Shown piece after piece: positions 1 to 12,100 of a DNA stretch of 64,000 nt. Positions within the stretch are counted from its first letter, which is position 1. Each line of letters opens with the position of its first letter. Below the pieces are notes generated by a model that was not told the origin of the DNA, searched no databases, and saw only the letters and a program-made list of their open reading frames with translations. Both the position numbers and the translations under genes were made by a program. This DNA is from Lingula anatina (lineage: Eukaryota; Animalia; Brachiopoda), in the NCBI GenBank assembly GCA_051362555.1, contig CM120640.1, positions 11,222,001 through 11,286,000 on the forward strand, written 5' to 3'.

Positions 1-3000
1 CCGACCCCTGCTTACTGAGAAGGTAGGCAAATATTTGAATAAAAAGTAAGAGAGGAAGCTGTAAGAAATAACTTGGGATAGTTTGGCAAATGATGTTTCT
101 TCTTCTTAATGTGTATATTTGCAAACATGTTTAATGATTTATCTTATTTATTTTGCAATTTCCACTCAGAAAAAAGATACTACATATTTCTAAAAATACA
201 TAAATTGTAATTTCAGGATTCAACTCACTATCCAACCCATGTGTTGGACCTGATGGGACAGTGTTGGTCACATGATCCACACCAGCGTCCCACGGCTCAA
301 CAAATCAACTGTATAGCATCCTGTCCAGAGTTCTGTCACCTTCAGGACTGCGTGAGTGCAGAAAGTGAGATGGAGGTGACAGCTGCTTGTGGAGTTTGCT
401 CAGAGTTTTCAGATCAAGAGAAACAAGGGCTGGAAGCCAGTGGTGGGTAGTTTAAAGTCACACCATAAGCATTAGACCTTTATGTACATAAACATGACAT
501 TTTCCTGGTGATTTCAACACTTTTCTCTCAATCTTTAAGGTATACCTCACCAGAACTGCTGTCAAAATTACCATATATAAACTTTTTTTAGTTTTAAGTT
601 CCAAATTTATATATACATGTATATACCATAATTTTTTTAAAGATCAGATGCTGTATTTTTGTCTCAAAACATCTGATGATGTGTATCAGCATACCAAAAC
701 TGAATATCAGTAATCTATAAAATCATAGGTAGCCTCTGTTTGGTAGCAAAAGTTATCACACAGAAAATAAAATTCTTTCAGCCCTACTGTCAACAAATTC
801 AGTGCCTGAGAGACATGATGTCTGGTTAGCAATGTCCAGTTTGGCCAATACCACTAGTACCACAAACATCCAGGTGTGGACATATGAAAACAATACTTGT
901 GTCCAAGGAAAGGTAAATAGCCATCACTCATTTGATAAAAACTCATCACACTTTTTAAAAATTTTTGTGGTATAGATTTTATTGAGAAATATATGTTTCT
1001 TTTTAATTTATAACTCAGCATCATTTGTTGTTTCTGTGTTTAAAATACCTAACATAACTGATTTATTGTGATTTGGACATAGTTCATGATTATTTTTACC
1101 ATATTGGATTTATTTCTTCTTGTTTTTCAGAATATTATCTCTAAGTGCCTCCCAATATCATGTATGTATGCTGCCAAGGACCAGATATGGTGTGCAGATG
1201 AAAAGGGAACCATAATAATTTTTAGGTAAGGGATTTTGATTTAGTTAAAAATTTGAAAAGACAGAAAGATTGAGGACTACAAGCAATAATTAGTACCACC
1301 AGCGTCTACGCTGGCGGTACTCATGGTTTTAGTCCCGACCCGTCTCGTACGGCTCCGCCGGCTCCGCCGGCTCCGTAAGCTCCGTTGGCTCCGCAGGGTG
1401 TCGTGGGATACAAGTCACCGTTACCGCTTCTTCTCCTAGACTGCATGGGCCTGTGTGCCCATCTCTTGGATTTAGGTCACATATAATCTCAACTTGAACC
1501 CCTGGGTATTTTTGTCTCAGTCGGTGCATTGCCCTTGGCATGACACTCGTCGAAAGGCACCCTTGTCAAAATCTTTGGAAATTCAATGCTAAATATCTCC
1601 CATACCGAAGGAATTATGGGAAAAATTTCTACAGATGGCTGACCGAAAGTTATATGTGGAGATTTCAAATATGCCCTTGGATTTGACCTTTGACCTTTAT
1701 TTCAAGGTCAAACGGGCCAAAATTTTCTAAAAATGGGAATTTTTTGCAAAAAATTTAATATTTTATGCCGATTTTCAGAAATTTCACAGATCTAACTTAT
1801 AATATTATGGACAGGTGTTACCCTGAGGGTCTTCTGTCATCTTCGTGAGTTTGGGGTCAATTGGTGCATTTTTACGGGAGTAGCGGCCATTAGATGCCGA
1901 CACTGAAAACTCTCTCCAATTCTGGAACTGTTAATGATAGAGACCTCTTGTTTTTTGCATTTTGTAGAGCTTGTCAAGCGCAACACTTGAGGTGTTGTCC
2001 GTGTTTATGTTTTCGATACAGCTTAGGCATTGCACTATATATAAAAGTTCAACATCCAATATTTAGTGGTGAAAATAAAATGTGAAATACTACAAATTTA
2101 GCAGAGATACGCCCATAGTTACTATTGAACTTGAATGGGAAGACATATACTTGTAATTTAACTGTGACCTTGAAATTGGCCTCTGGCCTACTTTTCACCA
2201 TGAACTAAAATTTCCAGCCCTTATATCTCTTAAACTGGCAAAGATACGCCATTAGTTTCTATTGAACTTCAATAGGAAGTCATATACTGGCTATCTAACT
2301 GTGATCCTGAAATTGGCCTTTGACCTACTTTTTATGATGAACTGTACTTTGCATGTTTTCTGGCCTATATATCTCCAAACTTGGCAAAGAAATGCCCATA
2401 GTTACTTTTGAACTTGAATAGGCAGTCATAAACTGTGACCTTGAAATTGACCTTTGACCTACTGTTCACCATGAACTGAACTTTGAATATTTTCTTGCCC
2501 CTCATATCTTCAAAACAAGCAGAGATATGCCCAGTGTTGCCCATAGGTTTCCTCTTTTGTCAGCATATATGCAACACTGATAACACATTTCAAGGAAAAC
2601 CAATCGGCCTATTGTCTAGAAAATCACTACCCATCCGAATGCGCTTACTCCAGCTGGTGGTACAATATCCGGAGGCGGTATCGCCTCTCTGATCCTCTAG
2701 TTCATATTCTTCTCACTTTTGGATTTCTTGTCTTTTCAGTTGTTTCATATTGTAACTTTAAAAAAAACCTTAAGATTAAGTCTGCTTTTAAATTAATATG
2801 TTGGCTTACTTAATTTTTTTTCTTCTTTTGTTTTGCAAAGGTGTCTTCTAAGTTAGCTGCAGAGCTTATTGTATTATAGGAAATAACTCACAGAAATGTG
2901 GTTTGTTGTTTCCCAGTTTCATTATTAAAGTGAAGAACAGATTTTATCAACTTGTTTACTAATTTATTCAGACAAGTTACATATTGGTGATTGAATTGTT

Positions 3001-4621
3001 ATATATCATTTCAGTGCCAAAACATACAAAGAAATTGCTCGCTTCAAACTCCCAGAGACACTCAAGTCCACTGTAAGTGTGATCAATTTCTTCATGGTAC
3101 TCGAGTCATCAGAAGTCATGGTCAGCCTGAGTAATGGATCCATATTAACCTACAGCATGGAGAAGATGAATGCAATGCCTGAAGGAATTAAGGCCAACAT
3201 ATTACCTGCATCCAAGTTCCAGGGGAGTGACAGAAATATATTTTGCAGTGCTTTCATCAAGCAAGAAGATGGGTAATACTATGTAGTTACATGTATTTTC
3301 AACTCAAAATTGCTATGATTCAATTGATCACCTGCTACAGTTCTTTTTATTACATTTGTGAATTATTTGTGTTATTCATTGGGCTTACACTATTTTTTGT
3401 TTTTGTATCAGCAAAAAAAATTGTGATGCATATGGCACAATTATGTTGTTTTTAATTCTAATTAATTCTAATTAAAGTTCTGATTTTTTAAGATACGTTT
3501 CATTTTTCTGACATTTTAGATATCATGAATTGTGGGGAGGTCAAAGTGAGGGTGTCATATCTGTTTTGAAAATGAACCAGCCCAATGAAAGTCCAGTGAC
3601 CATAAATCATTATGAACCAATGTTGGAGTATGTGGATGTACTGTTCCTAGAAACCTCCCACACTGATAGTTCCTCTGTCTGGTCATATGTATATCCAGGT
3701 ATGTAGAGTTACCTTTGTTATAGAAATAGTAACATTTTATAGAAAATTGATAAGTGTTTTGCTGAATATGACTCACTGGAGCTTTCTGCTTACAGAAAAG
3801 TACATTATGTCATTTGCCTTACAAGAAAGCTGATATTACCACAGTTGAAATTTTCCATAAGAAGTTAGCTCTTATGTGTGGCAGGCATTATGTTGCTATG
3901 CTGCTTTGTTATTGATGTGTGAATGTACTGATGTTATCAGTTTCAGTTGTTTTTTGTTTGTGTGTGTGTGTGTGCATGCAATTAAAAGGTTTGCATTTGA
4001 CAAAGACTGAATATTATTTTATTAAAGGATCTACAGTGTTTCGATGGGACAGCAAAGAAAAAAAGCTGGCAGCCAAGGCAGACATATCCAGGGTCATTCC
4101 ACAGATCGATCGCCTAAGAGGTTTTCCAGGGTTTGATGGACAGTTAAACCGTAAGTTCTGAGTCTAATTTAAAGATAGATTTTCAGTAGAGAGATTTTTC
4201 ATTTTTTATTTTTGTGTGTAGGTAAAATTGAACATTGAACTTTGTGTTTTAGCAACATTCATCTTTTTTAGCTGCCCAGTGCCAAGTTAGCTGCTTGAAA
4301 GTACTTGATGGTCAGCTGTTTGTTGGCTCAACATGGGGATGCATTATAGTAGTGGACAGTTTAAGCATGAGGGTCATCACTGTTTTCCGGCCTCACTGTG
4401 ATAATGTCAAAGCAATAGTACCCCTATTGCCTGCATTGGAAATGGGGACTGAGGAATCAGAGAGTGCATCATCCAATGAAATGGTGGTGTCATTAGGCAA
4501 AGGCTATAGAAATGCAGTGATTCAGCACCTAAATTTCCTTAAAGATGCAGTTTCTTTTGACAATGACAGAAATATTCCTTATCTGTTGACATGGGTGGCA
4601 GAAGGTTGGAAACATTTCTAA
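1..4621 (+). CDS. LRRK1: Leucine-rich repeat kinase (LRRK1/Drosophila Lrrk-like), 3' part: end of kinase domain plus C-terminal WD40-like region; multi-exon, 5' end outside window
   Basis: GT-AG exons at about 1-22, 217-442, 782-912, 1131-1225, 3015-3272, 3520-3698, 4028-4150 and 4272-4621. Junctions from 217 to 3520 were checked in frame. Kinase subdomain XI reads 'LMGQCWSHDPHQRPTAQQI...PEF'. The last exon 'LFVGSTWGCIIVVDSLSMRVITVFRPH...SLGKGYR...LLTWVAEGW' resembles the Lrrk/LRRK1 C-terminus as recalled (YIGTTWGCLIV...ISVFRPY...LLWRAKHW). Stop TAA at 4619-4621. Confidence 0.82.
1291..2702 (+). mobile_element. Non-autonomous Helentron-associated (HINE/DINE-1-like) element, copy 1, in an LRRK intron
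   Basis: 5' hairpin GTACCACCAGCG-tcta-CGCTGGCGGTAC (1293-1320). GGCTCCG microsatellite at about 1351-1393. About 3 diverged internal repeats at about 2100-2530. 3' subterminal inverted repeat GCTGGTGGTAC (2653-2663), stem-loop GAGGCG-gtat-CGCCTC (2672-2687), terminus CTAG-TT (2697-2702). Homologous along its length to 55582-57598. Confidence 0.8.
2101..2533. repeat. About 3 degenerate copies of the ~146-bp internal repeat of the HINE-like element
   Basis: Recurring 'gcccatagttactattgaacttgaataggaag..catatact...actgtgaccttgaaattgacctttgacctact..tcaccatgaact'. This is the reverse complement of the array at 55760-56648. Confidence 0.75.
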
Positions 4622-6645
4622 GGCAATACTATATAATGGACATACTTATTCCAAGCTACATGTGATGCATTATGATTATATTTTGTAAGTTTATTTATTT
4701 GATTATTTAAAGCACAAATGCATGATAAACATGACTATGACCAAGCTAGCATGTATATCAAACAACAATGGTTGCAATGTACAGTGCACCTTTATGGCAT
4801 TAATATTACAGTAGGTGTAAAGTAAACATGAATCAATAAGGTACAGGCTATGGGATTACAATGTTGGGTAACAGCATATATATCAGTTTCAGCATTTTGT
4901 TTCCAGACAAGTGTGCATTCTGTACATCATATCTATACTATATTTCAGTTCAAAATCAACAGTTAATTGGACCTCACTAGGTGGGTGACCACGTGGAGGT
5001 TAAAGAGTTTAATCTCTCCATGTTACACTTAACAACTTATTGAGCAGTCATTTTGATATTTTCTGTACAATTTTAGTTTGTCAGAAATATTTAAACTGTC
5101 ATCATTTTGATACTTTGTGTCATTCAAGTTTGTCTGAAATACAAGTTTCTCAGTAAGATTTTGAAATTCCGTGGACATTGTAAGATGTAAATTTTTTTTG
5201 TTACCAATATTGTCTACTTTATTGGTTGAAGGTGCTTGTTACGGGGTTTATACTCGTTACAATATCAAACATATCAGTTTTTATAATCACGAATTAATAG
5301 TTGTTAAAAGCTCCATACAGCAGGAATTTGGACATTTGATGAGAATTGCTCAGATGGTAATAATTTGGTGTCTCTTTATTTTAAGTTTTATGTTTGTGAC
5401 GCGTGCCATTTGACAAACAGATTTTTGGAAGCAAATATCATTTTATAGGTTAAAAATAAGAGATAATTGTTTTTAATTAGTTCAATTTACTGGATATTAA
5501 AGAATGTATTTTTTATAAATGTGCCTTGGTATGAGGCATTGTTTGTGAATACTGATATTACATTTTTAAATATTAATATTACAAATATAATGAAAATTTT
5601 ATAATGTTTATCACTGACTTGAACACCAATGTGCTATTGAATATTTCTCTCTGGTGGAGCGTGAAGATAACTATAAGCATAAGAGATTTTATATTAGGAC
5701 AGTATTCAGATGCCATATAATTATACAATGTTCATCAAGGAGTGTTTGCTATCCTTATTATATTATATCATCGTTAGGGACTATATGCAGCAAACAAATG
5801 TTTACTATGCAGCTTTTATAAACATTTTATTGATTGATTAACTAATGGATAGAGACTATTGCTGGAAAACGTATGATACAGAATACAGACAATGGTTCTT
5901 GACTTGACCAAGTGCAATTACTAAGAATTTTTCAAACCCAGTAAGTGCAGGGGCTGGTCCCATATTTATGACAGACAAATAGTGTGATGAGGTTGTCAGT
6001 ATGTTGATAGATATAAAGACAGCAGGTTCCTGGTTGTAATACTTTATTCAACAGGTGGATTAAAACTCATTGAAGAGAGTGCTGACACTTACTCAAAACA
6101 AGCAATCTTTATGTAAGCAATTTTAAGTGCCAAGACTGCTAGTTCAGATACTATGCTTTCTTATTATAGAAAATCGCACTCAAATAGTGAATAAAGTGAA
6201 AATATGAAAATATTTATTTTAATTACTTGGTATATTTGAGTAGTAGTCGGCAAAGTGTTGCCATGACTTTCCTGTAAAAACATTGTTATTTGTTTATTTA
6301 CATTAATCAGTAGCAAAGAATACTCTAAACAAACTTAAATATTCTTCAAAAAAGAAATGATCAGACAATACATTGCTTATCAAAAATCAAATTATACATT
6401 TTTAGATAATGCAAAGATCCTTTTTCAAACCATTTATCATATCAAACACTCCATCCTTTTATGCTATAAATTTTATGCCATAAAATTTACACTATGCACT
6501 TTAGGCTATATGGTCGCCCCTACTACTTATCTGCGGACAATTTTGTTCAATCAATTTAATGTTAAATTAGTTGTTTTTAAATTTCTTTAGCCAAGTTTTT
6601 TCAGAACATGGTTTTTTTTATGTTATATAATTTAATTTTCTTTAA

Positions 6646-6905
6646 AGGGATAACAACTCTTTGTATGAGATTCATATTTTACAATAAATACATAGTATAA
6701 CAACTCATAGAAATATAATACATTCTATTCTACCACCAAAAGGGCAGTTATCACAAGTATTCTGTGCCTGCCATTTTCTCATGTGACCTTCATAGACAGC
6801 CACTCTCTATAACAATCTCCTAAGAGGTTATTACAAAGAACCTAAAAAAAAGTAAGAATGGGATAAATGCAGTTTACCCCACAAAAATCCATTTTTAGCC
6901 AAAAT
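6646..6905 (-). mobile_element. Truncated copy of the Kolobok-like MITE seen at 32907-33247
   Basis: TTAA|AGGGATAACAACTCTT terminus. Continued reverse-complement similarity to the other copy, including the near-palindrome aatctcctaagaggttattac. The second TIR is missing. Confidence 0.6.
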
Positions 6906-7459
6906 TTATCTATGTCAATAAACATGTAAATCAAAAGAAAATATGTGTAAAAGAATGAGTTCTGAATAGATTGGTATCTGCCTCTCATGAGATTCTCAGA
7001 TGTCTGCAATTACTTCCACATCTGTCAAGGAGGAAGTGGAAGGCTGTCTTCTTGGTCTTTTGATGATCCAAAACATGTCTTTATAATGTCAAATTTGAAC
7101 ATGAAATGTAGCTACATACGAAATGATTTTCCACTGTACATACATGTACAATTTGTGAAATATATTATATTCACTGATGTTTAATCTTTTTGACAAGTAA
7201 ACACTTAAAACCATGCTGAAGCCTGCCTATATGTATGTATTCTTCACCTCTTCATATTACACTGATTTTGTGTAAGCAAATAAGTTTCACAAAAATAAGC
7301 CAATATACTGTAAGTGAAAAAGAGGGCCACACTTCTTTCTTCTATCTTTGGTCAATGTGGTTATATAATATTTTCTTTTCTTTGTGCAGTAATATATCTT
7401 GACAGGTCAGTCAACTCGCTATCATCGGAATCTTCGTATATTAAGTTATACTGGCAGTT

Positions 7460-7894
7460 TCACAACTTCGCCTTAAACGTTCCTGGCTTAGGCATCAACT
7501 GCTGCAACTTCAGGGCTAATGCCATGTTGCCAGTTATTTTCAGTTTACCAGAAAAGAAAGCCTGTTGGGCATTTAACTGCCCCATGGCCATCTTGAGCAT
7601 ATCGTCATCAGACATAGCAATGGTGACATCTCCCTTGCCGCTGGGGTCAAATTTAACGCTGCCACTCCCATTTTTAGCATCCACCACCCAGCATCCGCTT
7701 TTTCCACCTGGTCCAGTAACCTTGAAGCAGTATATTCCCTTCGCCTTTTTTACCATATTAGCGCCGTCTTTCTCCATCTCTTTTTCTAACAAATCGAAAA
7801 GGGCAGCACTTTTGAAGTCCCTGCTAGATTGACTGCTGGTAAACACTGGCCTAACTTGGCCATCTCTGCATGATTCACTGCGCGGGAAACCCAT
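7460..7894 (-). CDS. SCP2: Sterol carrier protein 2 (non-specific lipid-transfer protein), stand-alone SCP2 domain, 144 aa, intronless CDS, PTS1 -AKL
   Basis: The ORF begins MGFP like vertebrate pre-SCP2. Motifs: 'FKSAALFDLLEKEMEKDG', 'GIYCFKVTGPGG', 'WVVDAKNGSGSV', 'QQAFFSGKLKITGNMALALKLQ'. Ends AKL-stop. Confidence 0.93.
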   Translation of the reverse strand: MGFPRSESCRDGQVRPVFTSSQSSRDFKSAALFDLLEKEMEKDGANMVKKAKGIYCFKVTGPGGKSGCWVVDAKNGSGSVKFDPSGKGDVTIAMSDDDMLKMAMGQLNAQQAFFSGKLKITGNMALALKLQQLMPKPGTFKAKL

Positions 7895-8391
7895 ATTTCT
7901 GTGTTCAAATCCAATCCTACAAGGTCAGTTTTAAGCTGTTACATAAAATGAACGTGTTTCTTATCCAGATACCCTAACAACTGTCAATACAAACAAGGCT
8001 ACAAGTTGGATGCATGCGACACAAGTTACTCATCGATCTAGGTTTCTCGTGTGTATGGATAGATGGCTCAAAACAAGAAAAGACATTTTATTTTTTTCCA
8101 AACACTTTAATTGACCATTGTGAAAATAAAGAGAAAATATTCAAAGTTAAAATAACCCAAGTTTATGTTTTAATGCAATGCTAAGGTAAGAAATGTGTTT
8201 ACAGTGCACCGAATATCGGCGAATATCACGTCTTCATCACAGGCCATCTATCGACGAATGTCGTAGTTCAGGTGTCATTTTTTGTATACAAATGGCGAGC
8301 GCGAACACAATCTAACAGTTTCAGATATGTTGACTGTTCATAAAACATTGTCAAAGTTTCCATAGCACATTTTTTAACATTGATTGCAAAG
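7895..8391. promoter_or_regulatory. Probable bidirectional promoter and 5' UTR region shared by SCP2 (-) and CEP290 (+)
   Basis: Head-to-head genes with a locally CpG-richer stretch (about 8205-8305). YY1-like AAATGGCG at 8290-8297. X-box-like GTTTCCATAGCACA at 8356-8369. Strong donor AAG|GTGAGT at 8391/8392 for a non-coding first exon, which would splice to the acceptor at 9123/9124. Confidence 0.55.
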
Positions 8392-9138
8392 GTGAGTATA
8401 ATATGCAAACCAGTGTAAACGGGGGTGATGTTTGATGCTCTAACTATTGCAGTTGGCTTTTAGGTATGAAATAATTATTTGTGCTGATGATCCCGAAATT
8501 GTGGCTGAAAGGACAGAGAAACTAATCTTCGGGTTGAAGGTGGTAAATGGAGGATGTAAATGAATAGTAGGAAAATTAAGTATGTGCATTATAGGCCTAA
8601 ACATAAGTATATTTTGGGGGACACCGAATAGACTTGGTCGCCACATACAATTTGTTAACTTGGTGTTTATCTTGTTCAACGAATTTCTAGATTTTCAGCA
8701 AACGTCTAAATTCCTCTCAGATTCAGCAACAAGAGCATCTGATTTAATTGTAGCAAAGTACAAAAGGTTGGTCAGATGTGATTTTGCACTTATCAAAAAT
8801 GGTTTAATAGTTACTTTTGTATGTAATATAGCCATAATACTATTGGATGGATTGGGTGATTCCCTGCATGAAAGGACAGTTGCAAAACAATTGAGTTAAG
8901 CTTTAGAATATTTCCTAAGGACTCATTACTTGGCTCCAAAATTTATGTTGAATCAGCATAGATTTTGATAAAATATGGTAGTATAAAGTACATGTTAAAT
9001 TAGGAAATGATCCATGATAAGTAAAACAGTAGAATTATGATTATAAACTAATCAATTTCAAAAGTGTTATGAAAGAGATTTATTGTGTAAATGGATTTTT
9101 TATTTTTATTTTTCTTATTACAGTAGACTAGTGGCAAC

Positions 9139-12100
9139 ATGGCACCACTTGACTGGGATCGCCTAATGGCGATAAACCCTGAAGACATGGAAGATGACCA
9201 GGCTGACGAAATGTACAATATATTAGAAGGAGTAAGTATATGGTCAGGTTTTTGTATCTAAATGTCAATTTACTAATTTACCTAATTTACCTATTCTGCT
9301 TCAATTTACCTTGGTCTCCTATATCTTACTTTTAAAGTATGTATTATAGTTACTAACTACATATTTTTTAATGCAGCATGAATTCAAGACATCCATTCAA
9401 GACATCCTTTCCATGTGTGAAAGTTGGATATTAAGATCTATCTAGAAGATTTTGATTTTTTTTTTTTTACTTCAGTATGAGCCAACAGGTGATGAAGAAC
9501 CTTCTCGCCTGTGTCAGCTGTTCCGTGTAGCACGTACTGTGATGCAGTTCAAGCAAACTGCAAGTGAAATTTTGACTGAAGAACAAACAAAATTTAGTAA
9601 GCAGACTAAGATAAAAGGTAAGGCTTTTTATTCAGGTAAGGAGTACCATCATAATAGTACTTTTTGGGTTTTTTGATCTTACTTTAAGAACTTTTAGAGA
9701 GCAGTTTTAGTCTCTGTCCATGTAAAATATTCTTTAGAATTTTATGAAATCAATTTGTTTTCCAGAGCAAGACTTGCGGGATGAGATTGAAGAGTTGAAA
9801 CAAGAACTGAAGAATGTCAAGGTATTATTCAAAAACTCTGTAAGGTTGAAAAGGATGAATAGCTGAATAATATAAGTGGAAAATTACCAACACAAAGTAC
9901 ACTGTTGCTGTAATTATATTAGATTTTTACATGATGTGAAATGAGATTGTCAACATTTTTAGCGGTATGGCAGTGACACAGGTGGTGGTGGTGCTGCAGC
10001 TGCAGGCAGGGACCAGGCAAGATTTCTGAGAGATGAAGTCCATGAATTAGAAAGACAGGTTGACTTACTGCAGAATGAGCTGAAAGAGAAAGACAAGCAG
10101 ATAAACAATGAAATACGAGCAGGAGAAAGGGTATTATTTTTTAAGACCAATGTACAATTTAAGCATGTTTTGCTTTCAAAAAGTAGATGACATAGGAATC
10201 TTTTGCCCATTTCTAATGTTTTTATATATAAAAATATATAAAATTGCAGTTTGGTACCTTTCGAAACTTCAATTTTTGTATACATAAATGATTTTGTAGA
10301 AAAATAGTAATGGAATTTAACTGAATTTGATATTTATCCTGTCTTTCCACATCTAGGATAAGACAAGAGTGGAAGAATTGGAAAGAGAATTGAAGAGTTT
10401 AAAAAGAGAGGTAAGTTCCAAGTTATTTTTAATTTTATCAGTTTTAGCATTTTCTTCATTCTTTGGCATTTAGTTGTATGTAAATAGATGCAGTTTTTGT
10501 ATTATAAATAGATCCAATTACAAATAATTCCATGAATTATTAATTTGGATCATTAATTTGAATTTAAGACAGATTTGTTCAATGGTTAATGTTTGATGTA
10601 CATAAGTTATGGATAGTTTATTTACCTAGATTAGAATCATCTGTATAAATTATTTATAGAATGAACGTCAAGCAGATGACATTCGTGACTACCAGCGTCA
10701 AATGGAGTCTCAGCGGGAAAGTTTGCTGTCCCGAGGTGGCAAAGATGTGGAATTCAGGGACAAGATGACAAAGAAAAATAGAGAGCTGATTGAAGCTCTA
10801 GAAGAAGTTCAGGTATGAACTTTTTTCTTTTTTATATACAGGACATGTTTCAGAAGAGAAATACTTCTGTTGATCACTGAATTAATACATTGTTTCTAAA
10901 TAATGAATGCTAGTTGCCTATGGCTTATTTTTACCTTTTAAAATTCAAATGATTAAATTTCAGTATGTTTGATGCACATAACTTATCAATAGTTTACATA
11001 AATGAAAAACATTTTTGTATATGTTAAGAAATTATTTATGGTAGTGGGAGGATGGAAGTTTTCACATTTTGAACATTTATGTTTAATCCTTACTCATTGA
11101 TTTTAGTATTTTTATTTTATGACACTCCAAACTCATTGTTATGTTGCATATCAAATGCTGATTTCTTTTTCACATACACATTAGACAATTTTTTTTCAAA
11201 TTGTAGTTTCAATTTTTTTGTGGTTTTCTGCCTTAAGTGCCCCCCAGACTCCTGGTTGTAAGGCTAACGAGCCATTACTTCCTTCTTTTTTTACGACCCA
11301 AAATCATGTCTGAAATATGATTATGTGATTTTTCTTTCATTGCAGAACTTGACTGATGCTAATAATGACCTCCAAGTGAAAGCAGATGAAATGCGCTTTA
11401 AACTTGAAGATGCTGTCCGGCAGATGGACAGAACAACTGATGAGTACATGAAACTGAAGGTGGGCTGCTGTTTATAATTTAGTTTTATATATAAAAGGAT
11501 ATTGTGAAGTATGAAATATATCTTAAATTTTAGACTACAGCTTCTACTTATCATTTAAACACCACTGTTGCCACTATCATGGAAGTGATGAATATATCAG
11601 ATTTTGTTTCTCAACAACAGCCTTTCAATATATCTATGATTGATAGTACTAGAACATTTGAAAAGGTGCTGTGTTTATTTTCAGACTGTTCTCAATCAAT
11701 CAGACCATGCACTTGATCAGTACAAAAGGGAAAATGAAATCCTCAAGGCACAGGTATAAAGACATTGTTTTCATCCTGGCTAAAGACATAAATGCCTTGG
11801 AATTAATTATTTTTAAAGATCAATTTTAGTTTATCCATTTTACAATGTTAATGTTAATGTATTAATGTCATTCTGCTTTATGCAAAATAACGAATTAAAT
11901 TTAGTGAAAAACATTGGTTTCCAAACAATTTTTATACCATGTCTTTACCAGGTTGTAGATCTGACAGAACAAGTGCAGTCCAAGACAGATGCTGATGATG
12001 AAATCATGGTGGCTGTCAACAATAAAGTACAAGAATGGAAGGTAACTATTTGTTTAGATAAAAAAATCATTCTTCAAAATTCTGTCCCTAACAATATACA

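Noticed and set aside
1329-1541. ORF sharing 'DLNPRDG...LGxEAVTV' with ORF 57376-57675
   Set aside because: The similarity comes from two copies of the same non-coding element. No transposase or Rep motifs.
7314-7832. 172-aa plus-strand ORF
   Set aside because: Antisense shadow of the SCP2 CDS.
10575-11000. About 50-bp similarity between two adjacent CEP290 introns (atgtttgatg.acataa.ttat..atagttta)
   Set aside because: Short and AT-rich with no structure, so it cannot support a function.
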